Shown one piece after another: positions 13,801-25,540 of a stretch of DNA of 64,000 nucleotides. This stretch comes from Dendrobates tinctorius (Eukaryota). Below the pieces are notes generated by a model. It had not been told where the DNA came from and did no database searches. It saw only the letters and a list, made by a program, of their open reading frames with translations. The stretch spans positions 20,026,001-20,090,000 of the forward strand of contig NW_027361677.1 of assembly GCF_039654945.1 (NCBI RefSeq). Direction: 5' to 3'. The translations under genes and the position numbers were made by a program. Within the stretch, counting starts at the first letter, position 1; every line of letters begins with the position of its first letter.

Positions 13801-15751
13801 CAGAGAGAGGGACTGTACAGGGCAGGGAGGGTGACAGAGAGAGGGACTGTACAGAGGAGAGAGAGGGTGACAGAGAGGGACTGTACAGGGCAGGGAGGGT
13901 GACAGAGAGACTGTACAGGGCAGGGAGGGTGACAGAGACTGTACAGGGCAGGGAGGGTGACAGAGAGACTGTACAGAGCAGGGAGGGTGACAGGCTGTAC
14001 AGAGGAGAGAGAGGGTGACAGAGAGCGATTGTACAGAGGGGAGAGAGGGTGACAGAGAGCGACTGTACAGAGGAGAGAGAGGGTGACAGAGAGAGGGACT
14101 GTACAGAGGAGAGAGAGTGACACAGAGGCTCTACAGAGGAGAGAGGGTGACAGAGAGAGGGACTGTACAGGGCAGAGAGGGTGACAGAGAGAGGGACTGT
14201 ACAGAGGAGAGAGGGTGACAGAGAGAGGGACTGTACAGAGGAGAGAGAGGGTGACAGAGAGGGACTGTACAGGGCAGGGAGGGTGACAGAGAGACTGTAC
14301 AGGGCAGGGAGGGTGACAGAGACTGTACAGGGCAGGGAGGGTGACAGAGAGACTGTACAGAGCAGGGAGGGTGACAGGCTGTACAGAGGAGAGAGAGGGT
14401 GACAGAGAGCGATTGTACAGAGGAGAGAGAGGGTGACAGAGAGCGACTGTACAGAGGAGAGAGAGGGTGACAGAGAGAGACTGTACAGAGGAGAGAGAGG
14501 GTGACAGAGAGAGACTGTACAGAGGAGAGAGAGGGTGACAGAGAGAGACTGTACAGAGGAGAGAGAGGGTGACAGAGAGAGACTGTACAGAGGAGAGAGA
14601 GGGTGATAGAGAGGCTGTACAGAGGAGAGAGAGGGTGACAGAGAGAGGGACTGTACAGAGGAGAGAGAGTGACACAGAGGCTCTACAGAGGAGAGAGAGG
14701 GTGACAGAGAGAGGGACTGTACAGGGCAGAGAGGGTGACAGAGAGAGGGACTGTACAGGGCAGGGAGGGTGACAGAGAGAGGGACTGTACAGGGCAGGGA
14801 GGGTGACAGAGAGACTGTACAGGGCAGGGAGGGTGACAGAGAGAGACTGTACAGGGCAGGGAGGGTGACAGAGAGAGACTGTACAGGGCAGGGAGGGTGA
14901 CAGAGAGAGACTGTACAGAGCAGGGAGGGTGACAGAGAGACTGTACAGAGCAGGGAGGGTGACAGGATGCAGAGAGCGACTACAGAGCAGAGAGCGACTG
15001 TACAGGGCAGGGAGGGTGACAGAGAGACAGGGCAGGGAGGGTGACAGAGAGAGACAGGGCAGGGAGGGTGACAGAGAGAGACTGTACAGGGCAGGGAGGG
15101 TGACAGAGAGAGACTGTACAGGGCAGGGAGGGTGACAGAGAGAGACTGTACAGGGCAGGGAGGGTGACAGAGAGAGGGACTGTACAGGGCAGGGAGGGTG
15201 ACAGAGAGACTGTACAGGGCAGGGAGGGTGACAGAGCGACGACAGAGAGTGACTGTACAGAGCACGGAGGGTGACAGAGCAGAGAGCGACTGTACAGAGC
15301 AGGGAGGGTGACGGGGAACAGAGGGAGACTGTACAAAGCAAGGAGGGTGACAGTGAGCAGAGAGCAACTGTACAAGCCAGGGAGGGTGATGGAGCAGACA
15401 GCGACTGTACAGAGAACGGAGGGCGACTGGGAGCATAGAGGGACTGTACAGAGCACGGAGGGTGACAGGGAGCAGAGAGCAACTGTACAAGGAAGGAAGG
15501 GTGACAGAGCGACGACAGAGAGTGACTGTACAGAGCAGGGAGGGTGACAGGATGCAGAGAGCGACTACAGAGCAGAGAGCGACTGTACAGGGCAGGGAGG
15601 GTGACAGCGACGACAGTGACTGTACAGAGCACGGAGGGTGACGGAGCAGAGAGCGACTGTACAGGGCAGGGAGGGTGACAGGAAGCAGAGAGCCACTGTA
15701 CAAGCCAGGGAGAGTGACGGAGCAGACAGCGACTGTACAGAGAATGGAGGG
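10855..15751. repeat. G/A-rich ~28-38-bp minisatellite (gactgtacagggcagggagggtgacagaga)n, left block
   Basis: Tandem units with a constant ctgtaca and ggagggtgac core and strong purine strand bias. Confidence 0.97.
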
Positions 15752-16554
15752 TGTTGTGAGTTCATTTTCCCATTCGTCACTGAGGTCTGGTGAACTCCCT
15801 ATTCTGGTAAAGGAAGGTAATGAGCCTGATTATCAGGCACCTGAGTCTAATGATGATGACTGGCTGAGTGGAGTCACGGACTGGATATAAGGCTGCCGAC
15901 GCCCTTCTGCCCTGCGGGTGATTTCTCTGTGGACTTCTAGGAAACCAGTCTGATTCCTGCTCCTCTAAAGCTAAGTTTTCTGCTTTGCCTTTTAGCATTT
16001 GTGTTTTGTTTTTGTTTGCCTTGCTTTTCTGGATTCTGCCATTCCCTGCTGGGGTGAGCTGATTCTTCTTTTGCCTGTTGCTCTGTCTTCAGAATATTCC
16101 TGAGTACTGACATAGTCTTTTTGAAGCCTAGCGTCTTCAGGGCCTTTTTCACTGTCAGTATGTTGGCTCTTATTTTCATAGGGTTTTTCTCGGATTGCAG
16201 ACAGCAGCCTTCCTGTCCTTTCCTATCTAGTTAGCTTGGGCCCCGTCTTTGCTCATTCTATCTTTCTGTCTGTGTTGTGTTCTTTCTTCTTGCTTCACCG
16301 TCATTATTTGTGGGGGGCTGCCTTTTGCTTTGGGGTCTGCTCTGGGGCAGTTTAGATTTCCCTTTCTGTCTTTAGGCTATGTAGTTCTCCGGCTGTGATC
16401 GAGGGGTCTAGGGCATCGTAGGAACCCCCCACGGCTACTGCTAGTTGTGTTGATAGGTTCAGGGGTCTGCAATCCGATAGCTGCCAACTTCTCTGGTTTT
16501 CTGGACTTAGCTAGCATTTCTGTTTTTGCCTCCTACGGTGACTCAATCATAACA
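15752..16554 (+). repeat. 5' LTR (TATA at 15886)
   Basis: tgttgtgag...cataaca; direct repeat of 20735-21537. Confidence 0.96.
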
Positions 16555-16689
16555 GAATCACCCGCCGACCGCAGATCCTAGGGTACTCAATAGCAGGAAA
16601 GAATTGTGTTTAAAAAAAAAAAAAAAGGTGTGTATATTCTTTCCTCTATATCTCTGAGGCCGTAGGGGGAATTTTTTTTTTTTTCTCTC

Positions 16690-19600
16690 AATGGAGATAA
16701 AGCAATTGATCATGTGGAGCAGCTCGCTGCGGAAGTGCGGGGAATTTCCGCCTACCTTGCTCGTCGCATGCTGTTGAACCAAAGATCCCTACACCTGATG
16801 TATTTTTTGGGGATCGATCTAAATTTTTGAGTTTCAAAAATAATTGTAAATTATTTTTTGCCTTGAAGCCTAACTCGTCAGGGAGCTCCGCGCAGCAGGT
16901 TAAAATTGTCATCTCTTTGCTGCATGGCGATCCCCAGGATTGGGCGTTTTCTTTGAAACCATATGATCCTATTCTGACTAATGTGAACGCATTCTTTCAA
17001 GCCTTGGGGTTGTTGTATGATGAACCTAATGCTATTGATCAGGCTGAAAAGACCCTGTTGGCATTGAACCAGGGTCGAGATTCTGCAGAGTTGTACTGTC
17101 AAAAGTTCCGAAAGTGAGCGGTCCTTACTACCTGGAATGATAATGCCTTGGCTGCTCTCTTTCGGAAGGGTTTGTCAGAAGCCGTAAAAGATACTATGAT
17201 GGGATTTCCTGTTCCCTCTGGTCTGGACGATTCTATGTCATTAGCCATTCAGGTTGATCGGCGTTTACGTGAACGCAGGATTGCACGAGAGGTGTTGCCA
17301 CCGGTAGAACAGACGACTGAACCTATGCAATGTGATAGAGTTTTGTCCAGAGAGCAGCGTCAGGAGTTCAGAAGGCGTAATAAGCTGTGTTTTTTTTTGT
17401 GGAGATGCCTCGCATATTATTTCTGTTTGTCCTAAACGAGAGAAACTCTTTGCACACACGTTTTCTGTTGGTGGTGTTCAACCTAAGTTTCTTCTGGCAA
17501 TTACTCTGATCTGCTCCTTGTCCACATTTTCCGCCAAGGCTTTTGTGGATTCGGGAGCAGCGCTAAACCTAATGGACTTGTATTTTGCTAAACGTTGTGT
17601 GTTTCCTATGACACCTCTGCGGACGCCTATCCCTTTGAGGGGGATTGATGCTACTCCTTTGGCGAAAAATAAACCTCAGTTTTGGACCCAGGTGGTCATG
17701 CGGGTCGCCCCAGACCATCAAGAAAATTGCAGATTTTTGGTGTTACATGGTCTGCATGATGCCGTTGTTCTGGGGTTTCCCTGGTTGCAAATTCATAATC
17801 CAGTTTTGGATTGGAAATCTGTGTCTGTGGTGAGTTGGGGTTGTCGGTGTGCCTTTAGTGAGGCTCCGGTGTTTTCCACCTCTCCTCAGTCGCATGATGT
17901 TCCTGACTATTTGGCAGACTTTTATGATGTATTTAGTGAGAATGAGTCTGCGTCTTTGCCTCCTCATAGGAGTTATGACTGTGCAATTGAACTGAGCCCG
18001 GGGTGTAAATTTCCCAAGGGTCGGCTCTTCAATTTATCTGTACCCGAGCACGAGGCTATGCTGTCCTATATTAAGGAGGCGTTGGAGAAGGGTCATATTA
18101 GACCATCCTCTTCACCCTTAGGTGCCGTTTTTTTTTTTGGCCAAAAAGGATGGTTCTTTAAGGCCTTGTATTGATTATCGTGCCCTCAACAAAATTACTA
18201 TTAAATATCAGTATCCGTTACCCCTGATTTCGGATCTATTCTCTAGAGTTAGAGGTGCTTGCTGGTTTACCAAGCTTGACCTCAGGGGGGCGTATAATCT
18301 TATCCGCATTAAGCATGGGGATGAATGGAAGACGGCGTTTAATACTCCGGAGGGACATTTTGAGTACCTGGTGATGCCTTTTGGGCTCACTAATGCCCCT
18401 TCTGTCTTCCAGTGCTTCATGAACGATATTTTCCGAGACTTTGTCGATAAATTTTTGATTATCTATCTGGATGATATTTTGATCTTATCCAAGGTTTGGG
18501 ATTCTCATGTGGAACATATTCGGACTGTGGATCTTGAGGGAGAATTCCCTGTATGTCAAAGGATCGAAATGCCTTTTTGGAGTACAGAGGATTTCATTTT
18601 TGGGATTTATTTTGTCTCCATTAACTATTGAAATGGACCCGGCCAAGGTACAGGCCATTTATGATTGGGTTCAGCCCACTTCTTTGAAGGCCCTCCAGAA
18701 GTTTTTGGGTTTTGCTAATTTTTATCGGAAATTTATAGCAAAATTTTCTAGTATTGCCAAGCCATTGACTGATCTGACTAAGAAGGGTGCTGATGTGTTG
18801 AATTGGTCTCCGGAGGCTGTTGCTTCCTTTCAGGAGCTGAAGCGAAGATTTACCTCCGCCCCGGTTTTGCGGCAACCTGATGTCTCACTCCCGTTCCAGG
18901 TAGAGGTGGATGCTTCTGAGATTGGTGCAGGAGCTGTTTTGTCCCAAAAGGATCCTGTAACATCTAAAATGAATCCCTGTGCTTTCTTTTCCCGAAAGTT
19001 CTCTCCATCTGAACGTAACTATGATGTGGGGAATCGGGAACTGTTGGCCATGAAATGGGCATTTGAGGAGTGGAGACATTGGTTGGAGGGAGATAAACAT
19101 CAAGTTGTGGTCCTCACTGACCACAAGAATTTGATTTACCTAGAGTCGGCTAAACGCTTGAACCCTAGACAGCCTAGGTGGGCCTTGTTTTTTACACGTT
19201 TTGATTTTGTGGTCTCTTTTCTTCCTGGAACTAAGAATGGCAAGGCAGACGCCCTCTCTGTGAGCTTCTTTGCTGATTCTCCTGTGGTGACCAAGCCTGC
19301 TACCATCTTAGGCGAAGGGGTAGTTCTTTCTGCCATCTCGCCCGATTTGAGACTTGCTCTGCAAGAGTTCCAGGAGGACAAACCTGAGCGTTGACCCAGT
19401 GGAAAGTTGTATGTTCCTGACCAGTGGAAGAAGAGAGTGATGTCTGAAGTTCATTGCTCTGCATTGGCTGGTCATCCAGGTATTTTTGGTACTAGAGATC
19501 TGGTGAGTCGCTCTTTTTGGTGGCCCACCTTGTCTCATGATGTCAGGAATTTTGTGCAGTCCTGTGGGACGTGCTCCCGGTCTAAATCTTGTTCTCGCGC

Positions 19601-20873
19601 TAGTGGCTTGTTGATGCCTTTGCCGGTCCCCAGGAGGCCATGGACCCATATTTCAATGGATTTCATCTCTGATATGCCGGTCTCTCAAAAAATGACTGTT
19701 ATTTGGGTGATTTGTGATAGGTTCTCTAAGATGGTTCATCTTGTACCACTCCCTAAGTTGCCATCTTCTTCTGAGTTGGTTCCCTTGTTTTTACAACAGG
19801 TGGTTCGCTTGCACGGGATTCCTGAGAACATTGTATCTGACAGAGGAGTTCAGTTTGTGTCTAGATTTTGGAGGACTTTCTGTTCCAAGCTGGGAATTCA
19901 GTTGTCCTTCTCCTCTGCTTTTCACCCTCAGACCAATGGGCAGACAGAGAGAAGAAACCAGACCTTGGAGTCGTATTTGAGATGTTTTATTTCCGCTGAT
20001 CAGGATGATTGGGTTTCATTTTTGCCCTTGGCCGAATTTGCTTTAAATAATAGAACTAGTTCTGCCACTTTGATGTCACCTTTTTTTTGTAACTTTGGGT
20101 TTCATCCTCGATTTTCTTCAGGGCAGGTGGAGCCTTCTGCCTGCCCAGGTGTTGACACTGTGGTGGAGAGAATGCACCAAATCTGGGACCAAGTGGTGGA
20201 TAAGTTATCTCTCTCCCAGGAAAAGGCCCAGCGGTTTTCCAATCGACATAGGACCATTGGTCCCCAGTTTAAGATTGGTGATATGGTGTGGATATCATCA
20301 AAAAATATTGCTATGAAGGTGGCTTCTCCTAAGTTTAAGCCTAGATTTATTGGACCTTACAAGATTTTGGAGATTATTAATCCGGTCTCTTTTCGTTTGG
20401 CTCTCCCTGTCACATTTAAAATCCATAATGTGTTCCATAAGTCCTTGTTGAAGAGGTTTGTTGAACCAGTTGTTCCTGGGGTGGCACCTCCGGACCCTGT
20501 ATTGGTTGAAGGTAACATGGAATATGAGGTAGAGAAAATACTGGATTCCCGTCTGGCTAGACGGAGACTCCAGTATTTGGTTAAGTGGAAGGGTTATGGT
20601 CAGGAGGATAATTCCTGGGTCTCTGCCTCTGATATTCATGCCAAAAGATTGGTGCGTGCCTTTCATCGGGCTCACCCTGATCGCCCTGGTGGCGTGATTG
20701 AGGGTTCGGTGACCCCTCCTCAAGGGGGAGGTACTGTTGTGAGTTCATTTTCCCCTTCGTCACTGAAGTCTGGTGAACTCCCTATTCTGGTAAAGGAAGG
20801 TAATGAGCCTGATTATCAGGCACCTGAGTCTAATGATGATGACTGGCTGAGTGGAGTCACGGACTGGATATAA
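16690..20873 (+). pseudogene. gag-pol polyprotein (Gag, CCHC knuckle, aspartic protease, RT, RNase H, integrase, chromodomain), interrupted
   Basis: Motifs CFFCGDASHIISVC, FVDSGA, YLDD, VDASEIG, HCSALAGH...C..C, SDRG/QTE and YEVEKILDSR...YLVKWKGY. In-frame stops at 17115 and 19392; frameshifts near 17395, 18135 and ~18528. Confidence 0.92.
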
Positions 20874-21537
20874 GGCTGCCGACGCCCTTTTGCCCTGCGG
20901 GTGATTTCTCTGTGGACTTCTAGGAAACCAGTCTGATTCCTGCTCCTCTAAAGCTAAGTTTTCTGCTTTGCCTTTTAGCATTTGTGTTTTGTTTTTGTTT
21001 GCCTTGCTTTTCTGGATTCTGCCATTCCCTGCTGGGGTGAGCTGATTCTTCTTTTGCCTGTTGCTCTGTCTTCAGAATATTCCTGAGTACTGACATAGTC
21101 TTTTTGAAGCCTAGCGTCTTCAGGGCCTTTTTCACTGTCAGTCTGTTGGCTCTTATTTTCATAGGGTTTTTCTCGGATTGCAGACAGCAGCCTTCCTGTC
21201 CTTTCCTATCTAGTTAGACTGAGCAAAGACGGGGCCCAAGCTATCTTTCTGTCTGTGTTGTGTTCTTTCTTCTTGCTTCACCGTCATTATTTGTGGGGGG
21301 CTGCCTTTTGCTTTGGGGTCTGCTCTGGGGCAGTTTAGATTTCCCTTTCTGTCTTTAGGCTATGTAGTTCTCCGGCTGTGATCGAGGGGTCTAGGGCATC
21401 GTAGGAACCCCCCACGGCTACTGCTAGTTGTGTTGATAGGTTCAGGGGTCTGCAATCCGATAGCTGCCAACCTCTCTGGTTTTCTGGACTTAGCTAGCAT
21501 TTCTGTTTTTGCCTCCTACGGTGACTCAATCATAACA
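20735..21537 (+). repeat. 3' LTR
   Basis: Direct repeat of the 5' LTR, preceded by the PPT. Confidence 0.96.
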
Positions 21538-24500
21538 GGAGGGTGACTGGGAGCATAGAGGGACTGTACAGTGCACAGAGGGTGACAGAGCGACTGTACA
21601 AAGCAGGGAGGGTGACGGGGAGCAGAGAGCGACTGTACAGAGGACAGAGGGTGACAGGGAGCAGAGAGCGACTGTACAGAGGACAGAGGGTGACAGGGAG
21701 CAGAGAGCGACTACAGAGCAGGGAGGGTGATGGGGAGCAGAGAGCGACTGTACAAAGCAAGGAGGGTGACAGGGAGCAGAGAGCAACTGTACAAGCCAGG
21801 GAGGGTGACAGAGCAGACAGCGACTGTACAGAGAACGGAGGGTGACTGGGAGCATAGAGGGACTGTACAGTGCACAGAGGGTGACAGAGCGACTGTACAA
21901 AGCAGGGAGGGTGACGGGGAGCAGAGAGCGACTGTACAGAGGACAGAGGGTGACAGGGAGCAGAGAGTGACTGTACAGAGGACAGAGGGTGACAGGGAGC
22001 AGAGAGCGACTACAGAGCAGGGAGGGTGACGGGGAGCAGAGAGCGACTGTACAAAGCAAGGAGGGTGACGGGGAGCAGAGAGCGACTGTACAAAGCAAGG
22101 AGGGTGACAGGGAGCAGAGAGCAACTGTACAAGCCAGGGAGGGTGACAGAGCAGACAGCGACTGTACAGAGAACGGAGGGTGACTGGGAGCATAGAGGGA
22201 CTGTACAGTGCACAGAGGGTGACAGAGCGACTGTACAAAGCAGGGAGGGTGACGGGGAGCAGAGAGCGACTGTACAGAGGACAGAGGGTGACAGGGAGCA
22301 GAGAGCGACTGTACAGAGGACAGGGTGACAGGGAGCAGAGAGCGACTACAGAGCAGGGAGGGTGACGGGGAGCAGAGAGCGACTGTACAAAGCAAGGAGG
22401 GTGATGGGGAGCAGAGAGCGACTGTACAAAGCAAGGAGGGTGACAGGGAGCAGAGGGCAACTGTACAAGCCAGGGAGGGTGACGGAGCAGACAGCGACTG
22501 TACAGAGAACAGAGGGTGACTGGGAGCATAGAGGGGCTGTACAGAGCAGGGAGGGTGACAGGAAGCAGAGAGCAACTGTACAGGGCAGGGAGGGTGACAG
22601 GGAGCAGAGAGCGACTGTACAGGGCAGGGAGGGTGACAGAGCGACGACAGAGTGACTGTACAGAGCAGGGAGGGTGACAGGGTGCAAAGAGCAACTGTAC
22701 AGAGCAGAGAGCGACTGTACAGGGCAGGGAGGGTGACAGGAAGCAGAGAGCCACTGTACAAGCCAGGGAGGGTGACGGAGCAGACAGCGACTGTACAGAG
22801 CACGGAGTTTGACAGTTAGCAGAGAGCAACTGTACAAGCCAGGGAGGGTGACTGATCAGGCAGCAACTGTACAGGGCAGGGAGGGCGACAGAGCGATGAC
22901 AGAGAGTGACTGTACAGAGCAGGGAGGGTGACAGGGTGCAGAGAGCGACTGTACAGGGCAGGGAGGGTGACAGAGTGACTGTACAGAGAACGGAGGGTGA
23001 CTGGGAGCAGAGAGCGACTGTACAGAGGACAGAGGGTGACAGGGAGCAGAGAGCGACTGTACAGAGCAGGGAGGGTGACGGGGAACAGAGGGTGACTGTA
23101 CAAAGCAGGGAGGGTGACGGGGAGCAGAGAGCAACTGTACAAGCCACGGAGGGTGATGGAGCAGACAGCGACTGTACAGAGAACGGAGGGTGACTGGGAG
23201 CATAGAGGAACTGTACAGAGCAGGGAGGGTGACAGGGAGCAGAGAGCGATTGTACAGGGCAGGGAGAGTGACAGGGAGCAGGGAGGGTGACAGAGCGACA
23301 ACAGAGAGTGACTGTACAGAGCACGGAGGGTGATGGAGCAGAGAGCGACTGTACAGGGCAGGGAGGGTAACAGGAAGCAGAGAACCACTGTACAGAGCAG
23401 TGAGGGTGACAGAGTGACTGTTCAGAGCACGGAGGGTGACAGGGAGCAGAGAGCGACTGTACAAAGCAAGGAGGGTGACAGTGAGCAAAGAGCAACTGTA
23501 CAAGCCGGGAGGGTGACGGAGCAGACAGCGACTGTACAGAGAAAGGAGGGTGACTGGGAGCATAGAGGGACTGTACAGAGCACAGAGGGTGACAGAGCGA
23601 CTGTACAGAGCAGAGAGCGACTGTACAGGGCAGGGAGGGTGACAGGAAGCAGAGAGACACTGTACAAGCCAGGGAGGGTGACGGAGCAGACAGCGACTAT
23701 ACAGAGCACGGAGTTTGACAGTTAGCAGAGAGCAACTGTACAAGCCAGGGAGGGTGACTGAGCAGGCAGCAACTGTACAGGGCAGGGAGGGCGACAGAGC
23801 GACGACAGAGAGTGACTGTACAGAGCAGGGAGGGTACAGGGTGCAGAGAGCGACTGTACAGGGCAGGGAGGGTGATAGAGTGACTGTACAGAGAACGGAG
23901 GGTGACTGGGAGCATAGAGGGACTGTACAGAGCACAGAGGGTGACAGAGCAACTGTACAAAGCAGGGAGGGTGACGGGGAGCAGAGAGCGACTGTACAGA
24001 GGACAGTGGGTGAGAGGGAGCAGAGCGACTGGACAGAGGGTGACAGGGAACAGAGAGCGACTGGACAGAGGACAGAGGGTAACGGAGCAGAGAGCGACTG
24101 TACAGAGCAGGGAGGGTGACGGAGAACAGAGGGTGACTGTACAAAGCAGGGAGGGTGACGGGGAGTAGAGAGCGACTGTACAAAGCAGGGAGGGTGACTG
24201 GGAGCATAGAGGGACTGTACAGTGCACAGAGGGTGACAGAGCGACTGTACAAAGCAGGGAGGGTGACGGGGAGCAGAGAGCGACTGTACAGAGGACAGAG
24301 GGTGACAGGGAGCAGAGAGCGACTGTACAGAGGACAGAGGGTGACAGGGAGCAGAGAGCGACTACAGAGCAGGGAGGGTGATGGGGAGCAGAGAGCGACT
24401 GTACAAAGCAAGGAGGGTGACAGTGAGAAGAGAGCAATTGTACAAGCCAGGGAGGGTGACGGAGCAGACAGCGACTGTACAGAGAACGGAGGGTGACTGG

Positions 24501-24715
24501 GAGCATAGAGGGACTGTACAGAGCACAGAGGGTGACAGAGCGACTATACAGAGAACAGAGGGTGACGGGGAGCAGAGAGCGACTGTACAGAGGACAGAGG
24601 GTGACAGGGAGCAGAGAGTGACTGTACAGAGGACAGAGGGTGACGGAGCAGGGAGCAACTGTACAGAGGACAGAGGATGACAGGGAGCAGAGAGCGACTG
24701 TACAGAGCAGGGAGG
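21538..24715. repeat. G/A-rich minisatellite, right block (more diverged ~37-bp units); continues at 25349-25540
   Basis: Same ctgtaca/ggagggtgac core as 10855-15751. Confidence 0.95.
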
Positions 24716-25348
24716 TGTCATGATCCCAGTGCAGGTTTTTGAGCTGCACGTCAGGGGTTAATGTCTGGAGCTCAGTGCAGGTTTTGACCTGCACACCTGG
24801 GGTTAATGATTGTGGCCTCTCTAATAATGGGAGAGCTTCTTAAACCCCTGGAAGCTCCAATCCCTGTCAGTTATACTTTTGCCTTTGGCCGAGTGTGGTG
24901 ACCTCCGTGTGCCTGTTCGTTGTTATAGCTTGTTTATATGGCTCTGACCTGGTTCTGTTCCCAGCTGTGAGTTTGCCTGTTGAGTCTGTACTTCGCTACC
25001 CTCCCGGTGTAGGACGCATTGCCTGTGATCTGACTACTCTCTGCTCGCCCCTCTTGTACCTTGCAGCTATCTCTGTGTATGACTCATTGGCTATGTCCTG
25101 ACTATCCTTCCTGTCTATGCCCCTTGGTAACTTTGTCTCGCAGTTACCCTGCTAGGAGTTCTCTTGCAGCTCCTAGCTCTCTGGAGTTTAGGCCACGCCC
25201 CCAGCAGTCACATGCTTCAGGTCCTGCAGCTCTGAAGTACGCATCTACTCGGCTGCTGCCCGCTCCACAGGTATCTTTGAGCACAGTTCGCTTTACTCAG
25301 GACACGCGCACTGGCTCAGTGAGTAAGTTCAGTGCGGTGTTCCTGACA
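24716..25348 (+). mobile_element. Solo LTR (633 bp) of a second, different LTR family
   Basis: TGTCA...TGACA termini and a 5-bp TSD GGAGG on both sides. No internal coding sequence and no evident similarity to the 803-bp LTR. Strand inferred. Confidence 0.85.
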
Positions 25349-25540
25349 GGAGGGTGACGTGGAACAGAGGATGACTGTACAAAGCAGGGAGGGTGATGGA
25401 GCAGACAGCGAATGTACAGAGAATGGAGGGTGACAGGGAGTAGAGGGCAACAGAGAGAGTGCGACTGTACAAAGCATAGAGAGTGAGGGAGCACAGAGCG
25501 ACTGTGCAAAGCAAGGAGGGTGACAGGGAGCAGAGAGCGA

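Larger units (their letters stand above)
15752..21537 (+). mobile_element. Full-length Ty3/Gypsy chromovirus (Tf1/sushi group) LTR retrotransposon, coding region disabled
   Basis: Two 803-bp TG...CA LTRs (15752-16554, 20735-21537), about 99% identical. PPT aagggggagg lies before the 3' LTR, with a GGAGGG flanking duplication. Domain order gag-PR-RT-RH-IN-chromo. Confidence 0.97.

Noticed and set aside
10631-15703. Very long minus-strand ORFs (up to 1617 aa) and similar ORFs at 21526-24794
   Set aside because: They are translations of a C/T-rich minisatellite strand that lacks stop codons in all frames; low complexity and no domain.
17385-18140. Programmed ribosomal frameshifts at poly-T runs in gag-pol
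   Set aside because: They fall inside conserved domains (CCHC knuckle, RT), so homopolymer indels or sequencing errors are more likely.
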